A stretch of DNA of 64,000 nt from Azolla caroliniana (GCA_043228905.1 JBHGNT010000003.1:23064001-23128000); one strand, 5' to 3'; counted from the stretch's first letter, positions 25,482 through 37,504 are shown. Notes: generated by a model from the letters alone, not told the origin. Made by a program: numbers and translations.

Positions 25482-26636
25482 ATGGCTACTGTTAGCGCCC
25501 AAGAATATCAATCCATTTTCTCTGAGTTACAGTGCCTAAAAGAAAAGTTTGTTGCCCTCGAACAAGAAAACCAACGGTTGATAGGGGATCTGCAACAAAT
25601 CGCTCTCAAAAAACAACAAACGCAACAACAACCTGGGGAGTTAGCATTACGAGTACAACAACTCGAAGCAAAATTGCAACAAGGATCAAGTCCCCAAGGA
25701 TTTCATAAAGAGCCCAAGATTGGACTTCCTGTGTAATTTGATGGAACGCGATCGCAATTCTGGGGATTCCTTAATCAGGTACGCTTAGTCATCCAGATGC
25801 TTCCTTCCCGATATCCCACTGATGCATCTCGAGTCGGCCTAATAGGCACGTTACTTAGCGGCTCAGCCTTGGCATGGTTCACTCCGCTTCTAGAAAAACA
25901 ATCGCCCTTGCTTAATAACTTTGAAGATTTTATTGGTGAGTTTAAAGCTTGCTTTGGAGATATCGATAGCATCAGGACGACGATCAACAAGATCCGAAGA
26001 TTGCGTCAAGGCGATCGTCCAGCCTCTGCCTACGCGGCGGATTTCCGTCTACTCACCTCAGATATCCCCTGGGATGATCAGGCCCTCATGGAGCAGTTTC
26101 GCTACGGGTTGCGCAATGATGTCAAAGATTTGCTTTTAACCTTCCCCGAAGAACCAAAGTCTCTCACGGAGGCAATCAGTCGAGCGGTCCGATGCGTCAA
26201 CCGCCTTTTCGAACGGCGTTTGGAACGTCAGTTACAAATACCACGCTCTCGGCCGGAACCCACATACGCCTCAGTCACGGCTAAACCGTTTGCACGCGAT
26301 GTACCTCAAGCCAATATTCCGACACCGATGGAGATCGACACCATGCGTCGACGCGGCCCGTTATTGGAAGAAGAAAAGCAACGACGACATGCCAATCGAT
26401 TATGTCTTTATTGCGGTGGACCAGGGCATATCGCCATCAATTGTCCCCATGGGCCAAGAAGACAGGTAAATCAAATCGTCGCCTGTACTAAACCCGAGTC
26501 AATTCTTCCCTTCGGAGTGTCTGATAGTATTAATAGTACTAATAGAGTGTCAGATAGTATTCATAGTACTAATAGCCCAAGTATCTCAAACAAATTTGAA
26601 ATCCTTAGTCAATTAGATGAAGAGTTAAACGATTGA
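25482..26636 (+). CDS. Chromovirus gag (one in-frame stop at ~25736)
   Basis: ORFs 25482..25736 and 25797..26636, with CCHC CLYCGGPGHIAINC and the TPMEID motif. Confidence 0.85.
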
Positions 26637-29600
26637 GTCTAGCCAAAATAGGAGTTGTTTGGTTCGACAGCAGCCCTAGATATGTACAGCCCATTAGTGG
26701 TTCCATTCCTTCCAAGCAAGTTAGCAATGTGTTCCTAGCCCAAGTCATTGTTAGTACTAAAAGTACTCCCTCAGTACCCGTCCTAGCACTCTTAGATTCC
26801 GGAGCTAATTCCTGTTTTATGGATCGAAATTTTGCCCAAGCTTCTCAGATATCCCTAAGGAAACTTCCTTGTCCCGCATCTGTAGTGGTCATTGATGGTC
26901 GTCCCATTGCTCCGGGAATATTGGAGAAGAATCAGAACCCATTCAAGTTGTCCTAGGTAGTTTTTTGTGTGTAATATCATTTAATATAATTAGTAGTCCA
27001 GAGCATCCCATTGTCCTAGGATTACCTTGGTTTGAATTACATAATCCAGCCATAGATTGGAGAACAAGAGAAGTCCGATATCGACCACCCCAAGAATCTA
27101 CTCACCGAGTTTCGACCATTTCACTCCATCAATTACGCGAAGAAGGACACAAGGAGGCAATGTTCCTATTTGCAATATCAGTACATCCTTCCAGCACTAT
27201 TAAGAAGGACTCCTCAATACAACTTCCGGCAAAATATCATCCTTATGCCGATGTATTTGACAAGGTAAAAGCCGGTACCCTTCCTCATCACCGTCCCTAT
27301 GACTCTCCCATCGATTTACAACCAGGAACCGAGCCACCATGGGGACCAATTTACAACTTGTCACCCACCGAGTTAGAAGTCCTTCGAGCCTACATAGAGG
27401 AGAACTTGGCAAGCGGGTTCATCCGTCATTCAAAATCTCCAGCCGGTGCACCCATCTTCTTTGTCAAGAAGAAAGATGGCTCACTTCGTCTCGTCGTTGA
27501 TTACCGTGGATTGAATAAGGTCACCATCCGGAATAAGTATGCACTTCCTCTTATATCAAGCCTTTTAGAGTGACTTAATGGTGCCAAGTTTTTTACTAAA
27601 ATCGACCTAGGAGGAGCGTATAACCTCGTGCAAACCCGACCGGGAGATGAATGGAAAACCGCCTTTCGCACGTGGTATGGGCATTTCGAGTATACTGTTA
27701 TGCTGTTCGGCCTAACCAATGCACCCGTAGTCTTATCTCCGCGAGAATGGTCTTTATGCCAAGCTAGAAAAATGTAGCTTTGACTGCAAGCAAGTGGAAT
27801 TTCTAGGCTACGTCATCTCCTCAAAGGGCATCGCCATGGATCCAGCTAAAATCCAAACTGTACTAGACTGGCAAATTCCACGGTCGGTACGAGATGTTCA
27901 ATGTTTTCTAGGTTTTTCTAACTTCTACCGTAAGTTTATACAGGACTACTCGAAGATTATTTTACCTCTCACACAACTTACGAAGAAGGGCCAAGAATTT
28001 CTTTGGTCCATCGAAGCAGATATGGCTTTTCGGCATCTTAAGAAAGCCTTTACATCAGCACCGATTCTAGCTCATGTGGATACAAGCAAACCATTCATCA
28101 TGGAGGCCAACGCATCAGATTTCGCCCTCGGTAGCATCCTTTCTCAACAAGGAGATAAAGAAGAGTTGCATCCGGTGGCTTTCCATTCGCGCAAATTCGA
28201 TGTCGCAGAAATCAACTACGAAATACATGACAAGGAGTTATTAGCCATCGTGGATTCATTTGTACAATGGCGGCATTTCTTAGAGGGCTCTCCACATCAG
28301 GTCATTGTCTTTAGCGATCATAAAAATCTTGCTTATTTTCAGAACGCTCGCGTACTAAATCGACCGCAAGCTCGGTGGGCGCAATTCCTCACGTGTTTCG
28401 ACTTCGAAATCACATATCAACCGGGGAAGCAGCAAGGAAAAGCAGATGCACTATCACGGCGTTCATATCTTGCACCTCGTCCTGGTGACGCAACATTTGA
28501 TAATCAAAAGCAACTAATCTTGGGACCAACACGATTGCACACGACGCGGATTTTTCACACCCCGATGGATTCACGGATTACCGATGACATACGTGCAACC
28601 TTGAAGACGGATAGTTTTGCTCAAGACATCCTGGCGCACATTGATAGTTCTCGGGCATCCTGTTCTCAGTCTCAACAACCAGGTATTGACTACCGACAAT
28701 TCGAATATCATGATGGTTTGTTATTCTTTAAAAAGCGCGTATATGTCCCCGATTGCTCCTGTCGCCTTCAAATCGTCCAACATTGTCACGACACCCATAC
28801 GGCGGGACATTTCGGTAGTACCAAGACGTTGGAGCTAGTGCAGCGATCTTTTTGGTGGCCCCACATGCGCCGTTTTGTCGACGACTACGTTCGGACCTGT
28901 GATGCTTGCTGCCGAGCAAAGATGCCACGACACCATCCATATGGCTTGTTGGAACCTTTACCAATTCCAAGTAAGCCATGGCAGTCTATTTGTCTTGATT
29001 TTATCACAGATCTGCCGGTCTCGAAGGGGTTCGATGCTATCCTAACCGTCATCGATCGATATACGAAGATGGCACATTTTGTGCCATGTACTAAAGCCAT
29101 CACTAGCGAGGAAACCGCCGCTCTTATTATGCGTGAGGTATTTCGGCATCATGGCCTCCCAGACAGTATTATCAGTGACCGAGGCCCGCAATTTGTCTCC
29201 AAATTTTGGCAGCATCTCTTCAGGATGCTCAAGGTCTCCTGCAACCTCTCCTCCGGCTACCATCCTCAGACCGACGGACAGGCGGAACGAACAAACCAAA
29301 CGTTGGAGCAATATCTCCGGTGTTTCTTGAGTTATCAACAGGACGATTGGGCCGAGATTCTCCACTTTGCGGAGTTTGCGTATAATAATGCTATTCACTC
29401 CTCGACTCGGGTCTCCCCATTTTTCGCTTATACCGGTTTCCATCCTCGCTGGTCGGTGATCGACACTCCGGAGCTACCTACCAACCCTCGTGCCGAGGAC
29501 CATTTGGAGAGGCTACGCAAGATCCAGATGGATCTCTCTACTCACCTTCGTCATGCTCAACACACACAGAAGACTTATGCGGATTGTCATCGGATTCCCT

Positions 29601-30053
29601 CCTCTTTTGCCATCGGAGATCGAGTATGGCTCTTACGTCGTCACATCAAGACTACTCGACCGTGCGACAAGTTGGATTATCGACGACTCGGTCCTTTCCG
29701 TATTACGGGGAAGATTAATGATGTCACCTTCCGCCTTGATCTCCCTCCGCAGCTTCAGATACATCCGGTTTTCCATTGTTCTCTTCTTGAACCTTATAAA
29801 GCAAACACCATTCCCGATCGTGTGACACCACCGCCGCCCCCGAGTATGAAGTTGCTGCCATCCTCGATTCCAAACTTGTTCGCAACAAACTTTATTACTT
29901 GGTCGATTGGCTCGGTTATAGTCCGAGCGAACGTACTTGGGAACCCGTCGAGCATGTTGCCAATGCATAGGATCTTCTTGCTGATTTCCACCGAAAGTAT
30001 CCGGACAAACCCGGTCCGCAATCAGCGCCAACTCGTTCCACTCGTCGTCTTTA
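26633..30053 (+). CDS. Chromovirus pol (PR-RT-RH-INT-chromodomain), disrupted
   Basis: ORFs 26633..26956, 26965..27573 and 27794..30073. Chromodomain [35 protein letters not shown] follows a frameshift at ~29842. Confidence 0.9.
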
Positions 30054-30635
30054 AGGGGGAGATAGTGTCATGATATGGCAAGACTCGAACCCATGATCTT
30101 ATGCTACATGGGTCGAGCTCTTACCATTAGACTATGAATTGTAATTTGTAGGATATTATTTTCATTTATGCTTCATCATAGAAATTTGATGTATATTCCA
30201 GATCTCTCTAGAACATTCTAGAAGCTTCAGGATTATTCCTAAAAACACTATAAAAGGAGGCACAAGGCATTGTTTTGAACCAAATTGGTTCAACACCAGT
30301 CTTAAGCCTCTTAGCCGCTTGTACTTATCTTTTCACATATTGTATTAGCTGTTGTCATCATCTTTCTCTCTCTCTCATCCTCGCTATCTCTCTCTCTCCT
30401 CTTCTCACGTCCTCTCTCGGGAATCTTACGCAGTCCTGTCCTCTTAGTACTAATAGTACTGCTCTTCTTAGTACTAATTCCATCTCTGCTTTAGTACTAA
30501 TCCTGACATCTATTGGCAATTTAGCATGTTCCACTACCCATGTAGTGTAGTTAGTGCGTGGCCATACTCCATTGTCACACCCATTGTAAGTAGTGTTTTT
30601 TTCACACATTTATAACTGTAATTGTGTGTTTTCAC

Positions 30636-30830
30636 GAGAGAGAGAGATTAATGTATTCGAAGACCAAATTTGGCCCATGATGCAATTTGTTTACAACAAA
30701 AAGGGGTGTACTCCCGATCATCGAATATGAAAATAAAATAAAATAACATAATACTTAGATAAAAGAGTTCTAGTATTGTACAAAACATGTTATGGTTTAA
30801 CATATTCTATAAAGGAAATGAGTTTGTGCT
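30636..30830 (-). mobile_element. 3'-end fragment of the RTEX-like LINE family
   Basis: Reverse complement of the 34670-34820 tail (ccaaatttggcccatga, aagagttctagtattgtac). Confidence 0.75.
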
Positions 30831-31419
30831 ATGCTTGATGAGACTATTCCATGAACATATTTACTACTGCGCTTAACTTTAAGATGTTGAACAACAATGG
30901 GAAGTTTGAAAGAAGTACCACCTCATGTTAGCATATTGTGTGAAGCTACAAAGAAAGAAAATACATTCGTACAATAAAAAGAGAAGTGACATCTTGGTAA
31001 GGTATTTGGTGGTATGCCTTTATTCCATGCGCACTACACTACATTGGAACCATAGATTGACACATGCGTGATATTCGTGATATTCTCCATGTGCAATATT
31101 CTCAATATTGGAGAATACAAAATGGCCCCAAGAATATTAAAAAACCATTCGTTTTGTAAAATAAATATAAAAAAGTATTTATTTATTTAAATAAATGTTA
31201 TTCAAACATTCTTGTGTTTTTTTTTTTGTTTTTTTCCCATTTTTTAATGTTTTGGTTTTTGTTTTTTTTCCATTGTTTAGGCATATTTACCTCATAATAA
31301 ATAGTTAATCCAAAAGTATGGTATTTATCATTCTTTGATGGTGTTTTTCTTACGAGAATGATTGAAACATTGGAGAATGCGAATGCGCGTATGTTACGTA
31401 TGGTTCATACTATGGTTAC

Positions 31420-34400
31420 TATGCGAGAACCCAATCCCGACAATGCACAGTATTTCAGATGAATAGAAACCTAGAAATGGTAAATGTTGATCCTTTAGAC
31501 ATAGGCACCACACGTAGATCAAAGGATCAAGGTGCGGACGCCACGAGCTTTGGCCATCACCTGCTCGAACTTGGCAGTCGGCACCAGATGGTCATATATA
31601 ATGGTTTAGCTAAGTGGCCGGGCTCGGAAGAGCTCACATGTTTCCCACATGGAGGAGGGGAAAGCACAGTTGACTATCTAATAGGGCGCCCGACAGCTAC
31701 CCACTTGATTAACTCCTTCCGAGTGGCCCCATGCCCTATTGGCGCAGACCATAGCTTCTTATACTTCGAGCTAAAATGTGATATCTCTAAGGTCACCAAG
31801 TCTAGTCAACCATGCCATCACACCACAATACATTTCACACATGAGCTCTCTGACATATACTCTCAACATGTTCAGGCCCATCTCCCCTCCATTGATCCCT
31901 CTCTACCGTTAGAAAGCCTTAGTACAAAACTCACACACATCCTTCACTCCGCAGCAGCTAGCAGTTTCCCATATACAAAACACTCAAATCAAGGTAGATC
32001 AGGATCAATGCCACAAAATAAATGGCATGACGAGGATTGTAGGGACCTACATAGACAACTTACAGTATCGCAACTCAATGGTAGTATTACCTCCACACAA
32101 GCTCGCAAAGAAATGCGTAAGATGACACGTCGTAAGAGACGAGCGTGGGAGGCATCCCAATACTGGGAACTCTACCATATGCTCATGAGTAGCGATTGCG
32201 CCACGGCATGGAAGAGACTACGGGAGCCAAGACCACAAACACCCATCGAAGATCCCGAAACTTGGCACACATATACAGAGAGACTTTACCAAATCCCAAA
32301 CCAACCACCTTTTCCAATGCCTTCCACACCCCGGCCTACCACGGGGACACTTTTCACGACCTCTAGGGTCATGAAGGTCATAAAGAAATTACAACATAGG
32401 AAGTCCATGGACCACACAGGATTGCGAGCAGAACACATTATATATGCGAGAGAGTGCCTAGCTCCCTTGCTAACTCTAATCTTCAATCGTGCCCTTGCGG
32501 AGGGTTTTCCACCACAGTGGACTATGAATACAGTGACCCCCATACATAAAGGGGGGGACCCCATGGACCCAAATACATATAGGACCATTATGATAGGCCA
32601 TACCCTTGCTAAGTTATATGGTGCAGTAATGGAAGCAGAGCTTAGCGACTACATGGAGACCCTAAACCTTCGTGCACCTGAACAAGCTGGCTTTAGACGA
32701 GCCTTCTCCACTATTGATCACATCTTCACACTTAGATGCCTAATTGACCAAACTAGGGCTCGCAAGAAGAGATTATATTGTTGTTTTGTGGACTTCCGCA
32801 AAGCCTTTGACACAGTCCCTAGAGATCGGTTGTCTGATAGACTTAAAAGCTTGAGGATACCAGATGATATGGTATGGGCCATCTACGCACTATATGAACA
32901 AGTGTCCGGGTGTGTCCGATGCCCAGGTGGCCTATCCAATCGTTTCATTAGCACTATTGGTGTAAAACAAGGTTGCCCCCTATCACCGACGCTTTTTGGG
33001 ATTTACATTGATGAGATCACAGATTTTATTGCTCGTGAAGGAGGCACCGGAGTGGTCCTTGGGGATACGCAGGTTCGTATCTTGCTCTATGCGGATGACA
33101 TAGTTTTGCTCTCTGAATCCGAACACGACCTACAGAGGCACCTCAATGCCTTAGATGACTTTTGTGTACAACGAGGATTAGTAGTGAATCTAGGGAAAAC
33201 GAAAGTCCTTATCTTCCACACATCGGCCCAAGTTAGAGCTAAGTGTCACCTAACTATCTCCCATAGCCCAGTCGAGGTGGTTGGATCGTACGTATATCTC
33301 GGAGTCACTTTTAGTGCCCGCTCAGGTAAATTTTCGATGACACAGGCAGCGAAGGATAGACTCACGAGAGGACATGCATCCCTCTCACTCCTAGAGAGAC
33401 AATGCCACCAAGCACACTTTCAAGAGCCACGGACTAAAGGGTGGCTCTTTGACTCATTAGTGACCCCCTCCCTCATGTATGCATCTGCGGTTTGGGCTCC
33501 AGGATTACCATCCTTCATGTGGACGCAATTAGAGAGACCATTGGTGATGATGCTATCACGCCAACTCCGAAGCAAATCGACTGTACCACATGACATTATT
33601 AGGGCCGAGTTCACGTTACCCCCAATGCTAGTAGAGGCACTTTTTCAACTTGTAGTCTTTATTGATAGGATACATAGCCAACCACATGATAGAATATCTC
33701 ATCAAGCCTTTAAGGCCTCTCGATCATTGTATGAGTCCGGCTATACTAGCTCATGGTATGGCATGATGGTGACTTGGCTTCTTGCGAATGGTCTAGACAT
33801 TAATAACCTACCTCCCCTTAGGCACAACCACACGAGTGATAACACCTTAATCTCTCATGAGAACCGTAATAAAGTAATACGCCAAGAAATATGGCAAATT
33901 TACACTCGGTGTAAATGGATCACCCCACTAGAGCCACTCCCATCTAAAATGTCGTACTATAAGAAACACTTCATGCACTTCTCTGAGTTAGGTTTTATCA
34001 CACGGCCAAAATATCTAGATGTATTCTTACCACATGCACTAAGGGTTGCCATTGGACAACTTAGAATATCATCTCACCAACTTGAGATTGAAAATGGCCG
34101 TACTAGTGGAGTCCCTAGGGAGGAAAGGGCAAAATACCACTAGAGGATGAGTACCACTTTACTTGCAAGTGTCCAACCTATGCCGAGATAAGGGCAAAAT
34201 ACCAAGACATACTTGGTCCGTCTCCCACCCTCCCCAAACTATTAGATACCCTAGATATAAAGAAATTAGGCAAATACATTCTAGAACTAAAACAACACAG
34301 AGAGAATAAATTACAAAATGTTGACAATAATGCTGCTAATGATCACGAACATGTAACAAATGCAGTTTTTCAGGAACCTGAGGAGACAACGAATGCCGAC

Positions 34401-34842
34401 ACACTTGCACCACTCGGCCTTTCCATTGATGAGGCAGAAAACCAGAGAAGAACCAGACGTCCTCGGGTGCCGGGTTTAAAAACAACTCAACGTGATGTGG
34501 ACGCAATATTGAAAATAAGGGAACGTGAGCTACACCGCCTAGAAGCCATGGCTAGGGCACTCTCTACATTGGAACCCACATCAAGACCCTTTGACCCCCC
34601 ACTTCTTTTCGAGAGGCTTGGGTGGAAATAAAATTAGGCTTAGTGTATAGTCACTTTCGAGTATACTACATATTGTACACTACTAGAACTCTTTTAGTTT
34701 AAGTTCTATTTTTTTTTACTTAATTTTATTTTTAGTTATGATGACTGGATAAATACTCTATTGTTGTAAACCAATTGTCTCATGGGCCAAATTTGGCCTT
34801 AGAAGACGTTAATACACCTTTCTTTCTTTCTTTCTTTCTTTC
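31420..34842 (+). mobile_element. 5'-truncated non-LTR retrotransposon (RTEX/RTE-group-like LINE) with a (TTTC)n tail
   Basis: Long EN-RT ORF, then a 3' UTR with the palindrome ggccaaatttggcc and a microsatellite tail. Confidence 0.85.
31459..34143 (+). CDS. LINE ORF2 (APE endonuclease C-terminus plus reverse transcriptase); continues after a frameshift to ~34630
   Basis: STVDYL..ADH, EQAGFRR, CFVDFRKAFD, GVKQGCPLSPTLF, LLYADD, YLG, LRISSHQLEIENGR. Confidence 0.92.
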   Translation: MNRNLEMVNVDPLDIGTTRRSKDQGADATSFGHHLLELGSRHQMVIYNGLAKWPGSEELTCFPHGGGESTVDYLIGRPTATHLINSFRVAPCPIGADHSFLYFELKCDISKVTKSSQPCHHTTIHFTHELSDIYSQHVQAHLPSIDPSLPLESLSTKLTHILHSAAASSFPYTKHSNQGRSGSMPQNKWHDEDCRDLHRQLTVSQLNGSITSTQARKEMRKMTRRKRRAWEASQYWELYHMLMSSDCATAWKRLREPRPQTPIEDPETWHTYTERLYQIPNQPPFPMPSTPRPTTGTLFTTSRVMKVIKKLQHRKSMDHTGLRAEHIIYARECLAPLLTLIFNRALAEGFPPQWTMNTVTPIHKGGDPMDPNTYRTIMIGHTLAKLYGAVMEAELSDYMETLNLRAPEQAGFRRAFSTIDHIFTLRCLIDQTRARKKRLYCCFVDFRKAFDTVPRDRLSDRLKSLRIPDDMVWAIYALYEQVSGCVRCPGGLSNRFISTIGVKQGCPLSPTLFGIYIDEITDFIAREGGTGVVLGDTQVRILLYADDIVLLSESEHDLQRHLNALDDFCVQRGLVVNLGKTKVLIFHTSAQVRAKCHLTISHSPVEVVGSYVYLGVTFSARSGKFSMTQAAKDRLTRGHASLSLLERQCHQAHFQEPRTKGWLFDSLVTPSLMYASAVWAPGLPSFMWTQLERPLVMMLSRQLRSKSTVPHDIIRAEFTLPPMLVEALFQLVVFIDRIHSQPHDRISHQAFKASRSLYESGYTSSWYGMMVTWLLANGLDINNLPPLRHNHTSDNTLISHENRNKVIRQEIWQIYTRCKWITPLEPLPSKMSYYKKHFMHFSELGFITRPKYLDVFLPHALRVAIGQLRISSHQLEIENGRTSGVPREERAKYH

Positions 34843-36447
34843 TAAGGCTTCCTTAAGTTCGTTAAGGTTATTTTCCATTGAAAAGGCATGGCCCATGCTC
34901 GTCTGCTCTAACAAACGCAAAGCTTTGCCAGCCCTCCGACTGGTTTTAGATTGATCCAGCCTCTTCGTGTTTTCCTTAGCTAGATCCTTGCTGGCCAACA
35001 TATGGAGGAGCTGCAAACATAGCTTCAGCTGCAGGATGATAAGCTCCTTCTTCTGGGCGTCGCTGAGCATGTGTTTGGTATCCCTGATGTAGTTGAGGAG
35101 GCAGGTTTTCAGGGGGCTCACAGTAGGGATGCTGTCCCTGGCCAGAGGGTCTCTGATCATATACTTCAGAATCCTTAGGGCCACGATGCGAATCTGGATC
35201 TTATCCTGGTTGTCATTGGAGATGAAAAGCCTGGCGATACGCTCGATTGAACCCGATATGGCGATCTGTTGGCTAGACTTCACTATCATGCACAACAGAT
35301 CGGCAGCATACTGTTGGATGAGAGTGGTCTGATGGTCGTTCCAAGTCACCATATCCAGAAGCCGCTCAACGGCTCCTTGCTTCATCCCAATGCTGCGGAG
35401 GGTGTTATCCACTCTGCCCGAGTCGACTTGCGTTCTCTTAGAGTAGGTCACCAGCACACTCAGCCCACCCAGCTGCTCGTCGGCTTGATCCGATTGCAAG
35501 CATGAGAGAGCGTAGTCCACCATGTCCATCTTCAGACTCCCGTAGATGCTCTGGCTCAGGCATGTGCTATAGACCTGGTAGAAGAAGCTCCGGGTCATGG
35601 GTAGGTCTTCTGGTTTGAGCCCCAAGCTTTTGTTCACTCGCTCCAACACATGCATGTAATAGATGTTGATCTCCCAGTACATCCTCTGGATCAAGAACAC
35701 GAGCGCCTCCGTTATCGCGAGGCTGTAGAAGATGAAGAGCGCAGACCGGTGGTTGATCTGTGTCCCATCTTCCTTCTCCTTGGGCAATGTGAACCGACGC
35801 ACGCATAGACGGATGATAGACATCGCAAGAGTGGCGAGTGCCGCCAGAACCTGCACCAACTCCAACAGTAGAAGAACGTTGGAAGCCCTAATCTCAAGCC
35901 AAGGGAGGATGGGAAACCTCAAATTATCCCATTTCCTCATCTTCGACTGGCGGAGTCCCCAATGAGTTCTCCAAGTATCCTTTCCATGGCTTGCTCCATG
36001 GCTTGTAGCAGTTGAATGAGGAGAAGGATCCGGACGAGAGAAACAGCCCAAGTTCAAGAACTTGGCCGTTCTCTGGATGAGGCTGCCTGAACAGTCATTC
36101 TTGTCCTGATGCTGCAATTCTAGCTGGTGGCTCCGACTGAAGATCCGTGCGCCTTCCATCACGAGGATTGCCGTGACAAACCAGAAGTCGATCTCCTTCA
36201 TCATGATTGCGAAACCACCGAGAAGGACGACCGTGGCCCAAATGAATGTGAGAGTGCCGACCATGACTGCGATCTTTTCGAGAATAGCTAGCTGCAAGGC
36301 AAAGGTGTTGAGCTTGTTCTCATGCTCGGGATCGGATGGAGCAGCAGGATTAGATGGTGGGGATCGGATGCTAATGGAATGATCACCGGAGGAGGTCGTT
36401 GGCCCTCTTCCATTATCCTCACTACTAAAATCATTCCCTGTAGCCAT
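34780..36447 (-). CDS. BLE2-like multi-pass membrane / ARM-repeat protein, copy 3 (intronless, C-terminus truncated by the LINE)
   Basis: Family motif ENKLNTFALQLAILEK...FIWATVVLLGGFA...DFWFVTAILVMEGARIFSRSHQLELQHQ, plus ALFIFYSLAITEALVFL and ARM-like helices. Likely ATG at 36447. The last codons read through the LINE tail. Confidence 0.85.
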   Translation of the reverse strand: MATGNDFSSEDNGRGPTTSSGDHSISIRSPPSNPAAPSDPEHENKLNTFALQLAILEKIAVMVGTLTFIWATVVLLGGFAIMMKEIDFWFVTAILVMEGARIFSRSHQLELQHQDKNDCSGSLIQRTAKFLNLGCFSRPDPSPHSTATSHGASHGKDTWRTHWGLRQSKMRKWDNLRFPILPWLEIRASNVLLLLELVQVLAALATLAMSIIRLCVRRFTLPKEKEDGTQINHRSALFIFYSLAITEALVFLIQRMYWEINIYYMHVLERVNKSLGLKPEDLPMTRSFFYQVYSTCLSQSIYGSLKMDMVDYALSCLQSDQADEQLGGLSVLVTYSKRTQVDSGRVDNTLRSIGMKQGAVERLLDMVTWNDHQTTLIQQYAADLLCMIVKSSQQIAISGSIERIARLFISNDNQDKIQIRIVALRILKYMIRDPLARDSIPTVSPLKTCLLNYIRDTKHMLSDAQKKELIILQLKLCLQLLHMLASKDLAKENTKRLDQSKTSRRAGKALRLLEQTSMGHAFSMENNLNELKEALERKKERKKGVLTSSKAKFGP

Positions 36448-36869
36448 TCTTAGCGTATTGTAAAATACACTCAAAGCCTCCAGTTACTTATATATATAGC
36501 CTACAGTCAGATCATTAACAAACACAAAAACTTTTTAAACGACAGCTACCCCACCAAAACACAGTCTACATGGAAGCAATCCAAAGTCTACATGGTTTCA
36601 ACGCTTCATGTAGCCCCACCATTAAAGCTGGATGGTCGTTAGATCTTATTATCTGTCGCTCTGATCATCTTGCAGATGTAAGTGAGCTGTATAGTAAAAA
36701 ATACAAAAGTAACTGTAAGTCAACTATATGATTTTATAACTCAAAGTCAAAGCTCATTATTGGAGGAATCAGAAATTCTCAAGATCAATGTGTTTTTCCA
36801 GGTTCACTTTTGAAACAAACCCCAAACGATTGTAGAAAGTAAATAAGATATTAAGTATATGGACCCCTA

Positions 36870-37270
36870 TAATATTATAGAAACATGCTTTCTAAATTCT
36901 CTCGCCATTGTTAGACATAATACACAACAACCATACACGATGGAGACTAAACACTTGACATAATGTTGTTATGCTTTCTAAGTTCTCTTCCAAATTTATC
37001 AGCATTGTTAGACCATACACGATGGAGACTAAGCACTTGACATAATGCTCTTATAGAAACATGCTTTCTAAGTTCTCTTGCACATTTATCACCATTGTTC
37101 GACTTAATACTGACAACCATACACAACGGAGACTAGTAAACACTTGACATAATGCTCTTACAGAAACATGCTTTCGAAGTTCTCTTCCACATTTATCGGC
37201 ATTGTTAGACTTTCCCAAAACACGGTTAGACTTAACATAGACAAGCACATGCAATGGAGACTAAACATGG
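36870..37270 (+). repeat. ~100-bp unit minisatellite (also 48150-48360, 48670-49090, 63105-63160)
   Basis: Recurrent gaaacatgctttc...cattgttagac...gatggagactaa...cacttgacataatg. Confidence 0.8.
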
Positions 37271-37504
37271 GACAAAATTATCTAATATTAATTCAACGCA
37301 AGTGTGGTGCACTTAAGTAGTCCCAATTGGTAAGGGACCACAAACAGAGTCGGAACAATCCTGAGTAGCCCCAAGGAGTCAATAAACAGAGTTGGGACAA
37401 TCTTGAGAAAACCCAAACTATGCCTTATTTGAAAGTGGGAATGGGCCCCTTTATGAGTCCTAGACAGTTTGAAGACTATGTCCCTGTTGGATCATATCAA
37501 CAAC

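Larger units (their letters stand above)
24966..30508 (+). mobile_element. Full-length Ty3/Gypsy chromovirus (Tcn1-like), defective
   Basis: 443-bp LTRs at 24966-25408 and 30066-30508 (~20 mismatches by eye), near-TSD cctat/tctat and PPT 30053-30065. Carries gag, PR ([11 protein letters not shown]), RT with the YxDD region deleted at ~27732, RH, INT and a chromodomain. Confidence 0.95.

Noticed and set aside
34126-34139. Templated filler (agggcaaaatacca, also at 34191) at the LINE frameshift
   Set aside because: A simple small deletion of the CxxC codons explains it equally well.
36870-37270. CRISPR-like array
   Set aside because: Whole units are degenerate repeats with no unique spacers, there are no cas genes, and the context is eukaryotic.
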